Shown here: positions 17,672-25,564 of the stretch, piece by piece
Numbering within the stretch: position 1 is the first letter of the stretch
Layout of the letters: the number at the start of each line of letters is the position of its first letter
NCBI GenBank assembly: GCA_039916285.1
Contig: JBDSLQ010000415.1
Span: forward strand, 1 to 34,909
DNA from: Caldimonas sp.
GTDB taxonomy: Bacteria > Pseudomonadota > Gammaproteobacteria > Burkholderiales > Burkholderiaceae_C
Direction: 5' to 3'
Length of the DNA: 34,909 nt
Position numbers and translations under genes: made by a program
Notes under the pieces: generated by a model
Told to the model about the DNA's origin: nothing
The model's database searches: none
What the model saw: only the letters and a program-made list of their open reading frames with translations

Positions 17672-18487
17672 TCAGCGGGTCCTGATCCAGGGTGTGAGAT
17701 AGCCGCCGAGCGTTCGCAGCGCCTCGCTGCAGATGTAGCCAGCGATGCCGATGCTGATCATGCCGACAACGATCTGCTCGTAGGCGCCGCCGACGTACGA
17801 GTTCCAGATGAAGTAGCCGAGGCCGCCGCCGCTGCCGCCGCCGCCACCGCCGCCGGAAATCATCTCCGCGGCGACGACGACCTCCCAGGTGATGCCCATG
17901 CCGACCGCCGAGCCGACGACGATCGAGGGCAGGGTTCCGGGTAGGACGATGCGGCGAAAGATGTCCCACTGCGAGGCACCCATCGCCTGCGCCGACTGGA
18001 AATAGCGCACGTCGATCGACTTGGCGCCGCCGAGCACGTTGATGACGACGGTGAAGAACGCCCCGAGAAAGGTGACGAAGGTGATCGACAGCTCCTGCGT
18101 CGGCCAGAAGATGATCGACGCCGGAACCCAGGCCAGCGGCGGGATCGGCCGCAGGATCTCGAAGGTGGGAAAGAACGTGTCGTTGAAGCCGCGGCTGACC
18201 GCCATCAGCAGCCCGAGCGGAATGCCCACGAGCATGGCGGCAAGGAAGCCGGCCAGTACGCGCAGCAGGCTCAGGTACCAGCTCTGCCAGTACGTCCAGT
18301 CGCCGACCAAGCCGGCCCAGGTTGCCAGCACGGCCGTCGGCGCCGGCACGTGGCCGATCCAGGGCATCGTGAAACCGAGCCACAGCTTCGACCGCGCGCC
18401 GATTTCCCAAAACACCACGAACGCCGTCAGGGCAATGACGGCGCGCAAGGTGGCGCGGCTGAAGACCTTCTTGCGCAAACTGGCCAT
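17672..18487 (-). CDS. ABC permease 2 (TauC/SsuC-like; MsmF/MsmH-type)
   Basis: EILRPIPPLAWVP, EAA-like SAQAMGAS..IFRRIVLP, VVAAEMISG; ATG 18487 follows the upstream ATPase stop. Confidence 0.92.
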   Translation of the reverse strand: MASLRKKVFSRATLRAVIALTAFVVFWEIGARSKLWLGFTMPWIGHVPAPTAVLATWAGLVGDWTYWQSWYLSLLRVLAGFLAAMLVGIPLGLLMAVSRGFNDTFFPTFEILRPIPPLAWVPASIIFWPTQELSITFVTFLGAFFTVVINVLGGAKSIDVRYFQSAQAMGASQWDIFRRIVLPGTLPSIVVGSAVGMGITWEVVVAAEMISGGGGGGGSGGGLGYFIWNSYVGGAYEQIVVGMISIGIAGYICSEALRTLGGYLTPWIRTR

Positions 18488-18491
18488 TCGC

Positions 18492-19364
18492 CTAACCCTC
18501 TTTCTCGCCGGCTTCGAAGGACTTGCGCGCCTCTTCGTGCACGGCATCGATCGTCTGCTCCATCAGCTCGCGAAAGCGCTTCGACGTCAGTACGCCGTAG
18601 TCGCGCGGATGCGGAATGTCGACCTCGAGAATCTGCTTCGGCCGACACGGCCGCGCGGTCATGATGACGAGGCGGTGGCCGAGGAAGATCGCCTCTTCGA
18701 GGTCGTGCGTGATGAAGAAGATGGTGACGTTGTTGCGGTAATAAATCTCGAGCAGCGCCTCATGCATGACCGATTTGGTCAGCGAGTCGAGCGCCCGGTA
18801 CGGCTCGTCGAACAGCAGCACCTTCGGGTCGTTGATCAAGGCACGAACGATCTCGACGCGGCGACGCAGGCCGGAAGACACTTCGCCGGGGAAGTTGCTC
18901 TCCGAACCGCTCAGGCCCGCATCGGCCATCATGCCGCGCGCCTTTTCGTACGCTTCCTTCTTGCTCATCTTGCCCTGCATGAGGGCACCGAAGGCGACGT
19001 TCTCGAGGTTCGTCTTCCAGGGGAACAGGGCGCCGTTCTGAAACACGACGATGCGGTCCGGGCCCGGATCGGCCATCGGTTTGCCGCCGCCGCAAAGCAA
19101 CTCACCGTCAAGGCGGATTTCGCCAGAGGTGATGCTGTGGAAGCCGGCGATGGCATTGAGCAGGGTGGTCTTGCCGCAACCCGAAGGCCCGACGATCATG
19201 CAGATCTCGCCAGCCGGAATGTCGAGGGTGCAGTGGTCGACGGCCATCACCGCCGCGCCGTCGGGGTCGTAGATCTTGACGACGTCGTCGATGCGGAGGG
19301 CGCCGTGCCGGGCGCGGTTTCGCCCGAGTGGAACGGCAGCGGCAGTGGACAGGGCTGCGTCCAT
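18492..19364 (-). CDS. ABC ATP-binding subunit 1 (MsmG-like), signature motif degenerate
   Basis: GPSGCGKTT, VFQNGALFPW, VSSGLRRR, LLFDEPY, FITHDLEEA; TGATG coupling with the upstream permease at 19362-19366. Confidence 0.92.
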   Translation of the reverse strand: MDAALSTAAAVPLGRNRARHGALRIDDVVKIYDPDGAAVMAVDHCTLDIPAGEICMIVGPSGCGKTTLLNAIAGFHSITSGEIRLDGELLCGGGKPMADPGPDRIVVFQNGALFPWKTNLENVAFGALMQGKMSKKEAYEKARGMMADAGLSGSESNFPGEVSSGLRRRVEIVRALINDPKVLLFDEPYRALDSLTKSVMHEALLEIYYRNNVTIFFITHDLEEAIFLGHRLVIMTARPCRPKQILEVDIPHPRDYGVLTSKRFRELMEQTIDAVHEEARKSFEAGEKEG

Positions 19365-20803
19365 CAGCGGCCCCCGATGGCGAGCTCTCGCAGGCGCCAT
19401 TCCATCATATGGTCACCGATCACGCGCACGATCGCACTCGTGATGTAGCCGACCGCGCCGAGCGTGATCATGCCGATGACGATGGTCGGGTAGCGAACCA
19501 TCGTGTACGAGGTGTTGATGACGTAGCCGAGGCCGAACTGCCCCGACACCATCTCGGCGGCAACCAGAGAGAACCAGGCAACGCCGACCGAGATCTGCAG
19601 GCCGGTGAAGATGAAGGGCATCGCGCCGGGAACGATCACGTGCATGAACACCTGGAACTTGCTCGCGCCCAGGCAGTCGGCGGCGCGGGTGTAAGACTCG
19701 TCGATCGACTGCACACCCAGCATCGTGTTCAGCGCCGTCGCGAAGAACGACGCCAGGAAGGTCAGAAAGATGACCGGCGTCTCGGTGCCGCTGAACATCA
19801 GGATCGACAAAGGCACCCAGGCCAGGATCGGAATCGGCCGTAGCGTCTCGAAGACCGGAAAGATGTACTCGCGAAATCTCGTTGACCAGCCGAGGAAGAG
19901 GCCGAGCGGAACGCCCAGGCCTGTTGCCAGCAGAAAGGCGATACCGATTCGCCGCAGGCTGACAAGGATGTGCTCGTAATACTCCGGCACATAGATCGAT
20001 AGGCCGTAGACAGGATCCTTGCTGAACCACTCTCGCAGCACGGCTGTCAGCCCAGGCATGTCGCGAAAGCGCGGCAGCTTCAAGACCTCCACGGCCAGAT
20101 ACCAGAAAGCGAGGAAGAGGCCGAAGCCGACCAGCATCAGATAGGGCCTTGGGCTCTTCAGCCACGCCGCCACACGAAACATCGTCAGCGTCACGCCGGT
20201 GGCGTGCGTCGGCTGCCCGGTCGGTGTCGCGCCCGGCGCCGAGCCGGAGGGATCGACCGCAGCCGCGGCCGAGGGCACGCCGAATTCGCGGGTGATCATG
20301 GTCGCGAAGCGGCTCATCACCACGTCACGCGTGGTCGGCACCGTGCCGAGCAGGTTCATCAGCGCCTGCCCGTCGATACGAATCACTTCGGTCGGCTTCA
20401 AGCAGGTGACGGTGGCGAGGCGCACACGCTCGTCGGCCTGCAGCACGGCAGCCCAACCGAACACGCTGCCGTTGCGCAGCACGCGGGTGCGCTCACCCTC
20501 TGCCGTCTCACTTGCATTGACTTCGGCATTGGCGAGCGTGTGCTCCACTTCGCCGGAAACGACGACGAGCACGTCGTCGGCCCTTTCGCCGTCGCGGTAG
20601 ATGACGTCGCGGGCGCGATAGGAGGCGAACCGGGCCAGCTTCTCGATCGACTTCAGCATCTCGTCGGAGACAACCTGAAACGGCATCGTCTGTCTCAGCA
20701 GGCGGGCGACGAGACCGTCTGCCGCCGCCGGCGCATCGCCCGCCTCGCTACCGCCGACGGGCCCGCGCAGCACGGCCGGACTACTTGGGGGCGTTGGCGA
20801 CAT
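19364..20803 (-). CDS. ABC permease 1 with an N-terminal cNMP-binding-fold domain (fusion)
   Basis: N-terminus IYRDGERADDVLVVVSGEV...NGSVFGWAAVL...RLATVTCLKPTEVIRIDG; Ala/Pro/Thr linker; C-terminal permease ETLRPIPILAWVP, AADCLGAS, VAAEMVSGQFGLGY. Single ORF. Confidence 0.88.
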   Translation of the reverse strand: MSPTPPSSPAVLRGPVGGSEAGDAPAAADGLVARLLRQTMPFQVVSDEMLKSIEKLARFASYRARDVIYRDGERADDVLVVVSGEVEHTLANAEVNASETAEGERTRVLRNGSVFGWAAVLQADERVRLATVTCLKPTEVIRIDGQALMNLLGTVPTTRDVVMSRFATMITREFGVPSAAAAVDPSGSAPGATPTGQPTHATGVTLTMFRVAAWLKSPRPYLMLVGFGLFLAFWYLAVEVLKLPRFRDMPGLTAVLREWFSKDPVYGLSIYVPEYYEHILVSLRRIGIAFLLATGLGVPLGLFLGWSTRFREYIFPVFETLRPIPILAWVPLSILMFSGTETPVIFLTFLASFFATALNTMLGVQSIDESYTRAADCLGASKFQVFMHVIVPGAMPFIFTGLQISVGVAWFSLVAAEMVSGQFGLGYVINTSYTMVRYPTIVIGMITLGAVGYITSAIVRVIGDHMMEWRLRELAIGGR

Positions 20804-21884
20804 CTTGTGCCTTTATCAAGCCCAAGGGCAGGGTCGCGTTCGAGGCCTTGGCGGCCTTGCGGGCGAACGAATCGTCGAGCGCTCCCGCCGGTGCCTTGTC
20901 GACGTCGATCACCTTCGATTCGTGCAGGAACTTGTAGATGCTGTCGAGCTGGGCATGGACCCGGTCGTCGAAGACGAAGGGCTTCTCGTCACGAATCGGG
21001 CTGCCGCCAGCGGCCGGCGGGATCGCGCCGTACAGCGAGAACCACGCCATGGGGACGGTGATGCCGGTGGTCTGCGACTTGACGATCTCGGCCACCTTGA
21101 CGGCGTTCGCCGGGTCGAGCAGGAAGCGCTGCGCCTCGATCTCCGTTTTCAGCCAGGCCTGGACGATCTCGGGGTGCTGCTTGATCAGGTCGTCGCGCAT
21201 CGCGATGTAGCCGGAGTCGGGGATGCCGAACGAGTTGCCGGTGGCCACATACTTGGCGATGCCCTCGCCGACCAGGTTGCCGATTCGCGACGCGGTCGGC
21301 TCCCAGAGAACGGCTGCATCGATCTTCTTGGCGCGCAGGTTCGTGCTCAACACTTCGAGCGACTGGTTCATCACCGCCCCGGGCTTGATTCCCGTCTTCG
21401 CGATCACGTTGCCGAGGAAGCGGTCGGCGCAGCTTCCCTTGGGAGTCGCGATGGTCTTGCCGTCGAGCCACTTGACGGCTTCGGCGGCCGTCTTGAAGTC
21501 GGGCGCGTCGGCACGGACCATGATGACATTGCAGCGCTGCCCCGGCGAAAAGCCCGTGTTCGCCACCAGCGAGATCGGCGCCTGACTTCGCTTGGTCGTC
21601 GCCACGACGGCGGGCATGTCGCCGAGGTAGCCGATCTGCTGCTTTCCGGCCAGCATCTGGTTGACGATGATCGATCCTTGCAATGCCGCCTCAAACTCGA
21701 CTTCGCTGCCGGGCGGCAGGTGCTTCTTCCATAGCTGCTGCGCCCGGATCACCGCGGCCGAATAGGAAATGGTGTCGTACGGTTGGTAGCCGACCGTCAG
21801 CTTGATCGGCTCGGCGGCGGCGCATACCGCGACCGCACCCGCCGATATCGCCAGCAGGGACAGCGTTCTCGCAAGGTACTTCAT
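20781..21884 (-). CDS. ABC substrate-binding protein 2 (MsmE paralog)
   Basis: Signal peptide; VGYQPY, NQMLAGKQQIGYLGDMPA, PKGSCADRF, DAAVLWEPTAS. Confidence 0.9.
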   Translation of the reverse strand: MKYLARTLSLLAISAGAVAVCAAAEPIKLTVGYQPYDTISYSAAVIRAQQLWKKHLPPGSEVEFEAALQGSIIVNQMLAGKQQIGYLGDMPAVVATTKRSQAPISLVANTGFSPGQRCNVIMVRADAPDFKTAAEAVKWLDGKTIATPKGSCADRFLGNVIAKTGIKPGAVMNQSLEVLSTNLRAKKIDAAVLWEPTASRIGNLVGEGIAKYVATGNSFGIPDSGYIAMRDDLIKQHPEIVQAWLKTEIEAQRFLLDPANAVKVAEIVKSQTTGITVPMAWFSLYGAIPPAAGGSPIRDEKPFVFDDRVHAQLDSIYKFLHESKVIDVDKAPAGALDDSFARKAAKASNATLPLGLIKAQDVANAPK

Positions 21885-21933
21885 TGGCTCAACCTTTTTG
21901 CCGAATGGCTCGGCTCGTTCCGGGGGATGCCGA

Positions 21934-23073
21934 TTACTTGAACTCGCTTTCCGGCAAGGCAGTGATCTTGCCGATCGGCGCTGTGAGATTGCGCTCCTTC
22001 AGGATCTCCTGCGTGAGCTCGGGCATCACGGCCTCGGGCCGAAGCTTCTCGACGTTGATGCTCTTGATCGAGTTCAGGAATGTCGCCGCCCGGTTGATGA
22101 GCTCCACCGACGCCGGCGTGAAAGTGAACGGATACGTGACCCGGACAGGCGCACCACCTTCGTTCTCCGGGTACTTGCCGTAAAGCGACATCCACATCAC
22201 CTTCTCGTCGAAGCCGGTCGTCTGGCCCGCCGCCATCTTCGCCACTTCTCGGGCGTTCTTCGGATCGGCCGCATAGAGCTGGGCGTCGAGCTCGGCGTTG
22301 AGCCAGCCCTTGATGACGTCGGGACGCTGCTTAATGAGGTCGTAGCGCGCACCCAAGATGGCCGCGTCGTTCTCGTCGACCGAAGCGCCGGAGGCGATGC
22401 GCTTGGCCAGGCCCTCACTCACGAGCCGGGAAGCGGTCGGTTCCCAGATCACCGCGGCGTCGATCTTGCCGGCTCTGAAGTTGCTGGTGATGACCTCAAT
22501 GTTCTGATTCAGGTACGACCCTGGCTCTATCTTTTCCCTCTTGAACACCGCTTGCGCGAAGCGGTCGGTGCACGAGCCTTTCGGCACTGCCACCTGCTTG
22601 CCGTTAAGCCAGGCCAGCGCCTCCTTGGAGGACTTGAAGTTAGGCGCGTCCTTGCGTGCAAGGAAGATGTTGCACTGGTCGTGGCCGAGACCGAGCATGG
22701 CGATCAGGCGAACGTCGGTGACGTCCTGCTTGGTCGTCGAGACGATCGCCGGCATGTCGCCCATGTAGCCCAGATGCTGCTTGCCCGCGAGCATGGCGTT
22801 GACGATGATCGCGCCCTGCAGACCGACCTGGAACTCGACGGTCGAGCCTGGGGGCAGGTACTTCTTCCAGAGCTCCTTCCCGCGCATCACGACGCCCGAC
22901 CACGACTCGGTGTAGTAGGGCTGATAGCCGACCACCAGGTTGACGGGCGTTCCAGGTTTGCCGTAGTCGAGGTCAGCGGCCGAGGCGAGCGGCGCGACCG
23001 AGGCGGCGAAGGCGAAAGTAACGGCGGCGAACGCACCCGTTGCCAGGCGGTGCAAGAAGGACTTCATCGACAT
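21934..23073 (-). CDS. msmE: ABC substrate-binding protein, MsmE-like (methanesulfonate uptake)
   Basis: Signal peptide then DYGKPGTPVNLVVGYQPYYTESWSG, GYMGDMPA, PKGSCTDRF; AAGGAG SD; directly downstream of the monooxygenase genes. Confidence 0.8.
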   Translation of the reverse strand: MSMKSFLHRLATGAFAAVTFAFAASVAPLASAADLDYGKPGTPVNLVVGYQPYYTESWSGVVMRGKELWKKYLPPGSTVEFQVGLQGAIIVNAMLAGKQHLGYMGDMPAIVSTTKQDVTDVRLIAMLGLGHDQCNIFLARKDAPNFKSSKEALAWLNGKQVAVPKGSCTDRFAQAVFKREKIEPGSYLNQNIEVITSNFRAGKIDAAVIWEPTASRLVSEGLAKRIASGASVDENDAAILGARYDLIKQRPDVIKGWLNAELDAQLYAADPKNAREVAKMAAGQTTGFDEKVMWMSLYGKYPENEGGAPVRVTYPFTFTPASVELINRAATFLNSIKSINVEKLRPEAVMPELTQEILKERNLTAPIGKITALPESEFK

Positions 23074-23206
23074 CTCCTTCGATCGGCGCCGGAGGCGTTC
23101 CGTACGGGCGATCTTTAGTTATGGGACTGGAGGCGAATGAGCACTCCAGGAGGCCGCAGTGTGCGGCAAGGGGAGCAGAACATGGCTAGAGGAAACTACG
23201 TGGCAT

Positions 23207-23932
23207 CTACTTGGCGCCCGAAAGCGTGAGGTAGCGGGTGATCAGGTTCGACAGGTTGCGCATGACGTTGAAGCCTGCCACGGCATCGTCGTCGAACACG
23301 CGCAGCGCTTCCTTGCCGCTGAGGCGAAGCAGCGCCGAGCGCTCGAGGCATTTGGCGCGGGCTATCCGAGTCGGCTGGGCATCGAGCAGAGCGTTCCAGC
23401 CGAACACCTCACCCTTCTTCAGCATGAATCCGGCGGCCGAGGTGCGCTCGCCGCGGCCGATCATGAAGTCGACCCGGCCCGACTCCAGGATGTAAAGGTC
23501 GTCGGCCGGGCCGCCGACGTCGTAGAGCACGCTGCCGGCCTCGTGCTCTTCGCGCCGGCACAGCTCGCTCAGCTTCGCCAGCGCGGCGTCACTCACGCCG
23601 GCGAACAGTTCGGACGAGTGCAAGGCACTGCCCTGCACCACGTAGAGATCACCGTCGTCGACCTGAACGTCGTAGCGCTCGAGCGGCGCCTCGGCGAGCC
23701 CGACCGGCGCGCCGGTGGTGATGTCCCATTGCCAGAGGTGCTGGTGGCAGGTGAGCACCGAGCCGTCGTAGAAGCCTTCGTCGAGGCAGACCTCCTGGTG
23801 CGGGCAGATGCCCTGGTAGGCGTAGTACGCGTCGCCCGACTGCGCGATCAGCACGCGCCTGCCGGCCACGTCGAAGCCCTTCATTCCGTTCTCGGGAACG
23901 TCGGCGATCTTGCAGATGTGAACTCGGCTCAT
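23207..23932 (-). CDS. msmC: Rieske ferredoxin (MsmC/TmoC-like) fused to a C-terminal cNMP-binding-fold domain
   Basis: Residues ~1-98 carry CPH-X16-CHQH and end YDVQVDDGDLYV. Residues ~103-241: LFAGV...LYDVGGPADDLYILESGRV...KGEVFGWNALL..TRIARAKC. Confidence 0.85.
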   Translation of the reverse strand: MSRVHICKIADVPENGMKGFDVAGRRVLIAQSGDAYYAYQGICPHQEVCLDEGFYDGSVLTCHQHLWQWDITTGAPVGLAEAPLERYDVQVDDGDLYVVQGSALHSSELFAGVSDAALAKLSELCRREEHEAGSVLYDVGGPADDLYILESGRVDFMIGRGERTSAAGFMLKKGEVFGWNALLDAQPTRIARAKCLERSALLRLSGKEALRVFDDDAVAGFNVMRNLSNLITRYLTLSGAK

Positions 23933-23951
23933 TCGTGGGCTGTGAGTGATG

Positions 23952-24986
23952 TCAGCTGAACTTGTCGTAGCGGATGTTGTCGGTCGAGACCTTCGACTGC
24001 AACAGCATGCGGATCGATGCGTCGACCGCGGGCGTCGGACCTGCCAAATAGGCGCGCACGTTCTGGAACTTGCCGGCCATCTGCTTGCCGGCGACCTCGT
24101 GGACCAGGCCCTGGTCGAACTTGAGCTGCGGGCAGCGCCTGGCCGCGTCGTCCGGCACCGGCTCGTCGGACAAGGCGACGGTGATCGAGAGCTTGTCGCC
24201 GCAGCGCTTCACCAGATCGGTGAACTCGTCGAGAAAGAACGCGTCGTCCAAAGTGCGGACGCCAAAGAACACGTCGCCGCGATATTGGGTGAAGTAGCCG
24301 TCATGGGCGGCCCGCGACAGAATCGACATCATGCCGGCGATGCCGCTGCCGCCGGCTATGCAGAGCACGTTTCTGGCCAGCGCCGGAAAGAAGGTGGCCT
24401 TGCCGAGCGGACCGAACAGGTCGAGCGTCTCGCCTTCGAGAACGCTCTTGAAGAGCCACTCGGAGATGCCGCCGCCGATCTTGTTCTTGACGACGAACTC
24501 GAGCCGATCAGACTTGCGGGCGTAATTCACCATCGACCAGCCGCGGTAGCCGGCGACCGGGCCCGCCTTGGCCATCACGAACTGTCCCGCGTCGAAGTCC
24601 ATTGGCCGGTCGAGCCCGACGACGAGAAAAAGCACGTCGCGCGTGAGCTTCTTCGCTTCGACGATGCGGCCGCTGTAATGCTGCGGCACGGAGGCGCCTG
24701 CCTCCATCGTGTGTACGAAGGCGGCAACCTCGAGCGAGAGGTCGCTGCGGGCCTCGCACTGGCAGAGCAGGAACTCGCCTTCCTTCAGGAACTTGCGACC
24801 AGGGGCCTCGGGCCACCGGTCTTCGATATCGCCGGAGAGCAGCCGCGCCTTGCAAGTACCGCAGGTGCCGCTGCCGCACTCGTAGGGAAGATCGACGGCA
24901 TTGCTGAGGCCGGCGTAGAGCAGCTTGTCTTCGGCGTTCGACTCGAAGTGATGCGCCCGGTTGCGGGCATTGAGTTGGACTTTCAT
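23952..24986 (-). CDS. msmD: Monooxygenase reductase (2Fe-2S, FAD and NAD domains)
   Basis: PYECGSGTCGTC...LLCQC, FDAGQF, RGWSMVN, GPLG, IAGGSGIAG, YLAGP, terminal YDKFS. Confidence 0.85.
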   Translation of the reverse strand: MKVQLNARNRAHHFESNAEDKLLYAGLSNAVDLPYECGSGTCGTCKARLLSGDIEDRWPEAPGRKFLKEGEFLLCQCEARSDLSLEVAAFVHTMEAGASVPQHYSGRIVEAKKLTRDVLFLVVGLDRPMDFDAGQFVMAKAGPVAGYRGWSMVNYARKSDRLEFVVKNKIGGGISEWLFKSVLEGETLDLFGPLGKATFFPALARNVLCIAGGSGIAGMMSILSRAAHDGYFTQYRGDVFFGVRTLDDAFFLDEFTDLVKRCGDKLSITVALSDEPVPDDAARRCPQLKFDQGLVHEVAGKQMAGKFQNVRAYLAGPTPAVDASIRMLLQSKVSTDNIRYDKFS

Positions 24987-25017
24987 CGCCTGGAGAGACA
25001 GGTGGCTGACCGGCGGT

Positions 25018-25485
25018 TCAGAACGGAATGTGAAAGCCGAAGCCGAACATGCGCGTTTCGAGGCGCACGTTGCGGTCGATCAGTTTGGGGGCATCGCCGG
25101 CCAGGGTCACCACGTCGTGCAGTTTGCCGACGGCGAACAACTCGGTCGCGCCGCCGTCAAGAGTCGTCCTGAAGACCTGCAGGGCGCTGACAACGGTGGC
25201 CCGGCGCTGCTCGTCCTCGCCTTCTTCGCTTACGGTGTAGACCGTGGCGTGGCGTGACAGTCGTGAATGATCGCTGTTGTGCTTCGGAAGATTGTTGAAG
25301 AGAGACTTCAGACCTGTCTTGTCGTGCTCGAGCCAGACCATGTCCTTTCTGATCTCCGGACTGTAGGCGGTGATCACGTAGTGAAACGACGGATCACACA
25401 GCTCGAGAAAGCCGTTGAAGTTCTTCTCGTCGAGAAGCATGCACGAGCGATAGACAAGCTCGTCGATCGTCTGTCTTTGCATCAC
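25018..25485 (-). CDS. msmB: Rieske oxygenase small (beta) subunit
   Basis: IDELVYRSCMLLDE...ITAYSPEIRKDMVWL...LPKH...RNVRLETR (NTF2-like beta subunit); follows the alpha subunit. Start is GTG 25485 or ATG 25482. Confidence 0.82.
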   Translation of the reverse strand: MMQRQTIDELVYRSCMLLDEKNFNGFLELCDPSFHYVITAYSPEIRKDMVWLEHDKTGLKSLFNNLPKHNSDHSRLSRHATVYTVSEEGEDEQRRATVVSALQVFRTTLDGGATELFAVGKLHDVVTLAGDAPKLIDRNVRLETRMFGFGFHIPF

Positions 25486-25564
25486 GCTTGGTCTCTGATG
25501 TTATTTGTTGGCGTCGGCCTTCGAAAACGCTCGAAGGTCCATGCACCTTGAAGCGGCTTAGCCC

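Noticed and set aside
23127-23167. Two small hairpins between msmC and msmE (CTGGAG..CTCCAG; GCCGCA..TGCGGC)
   Set aside because: No U-tract or recognisable RNA family. They might stabilise mRNA but this is unsupported.
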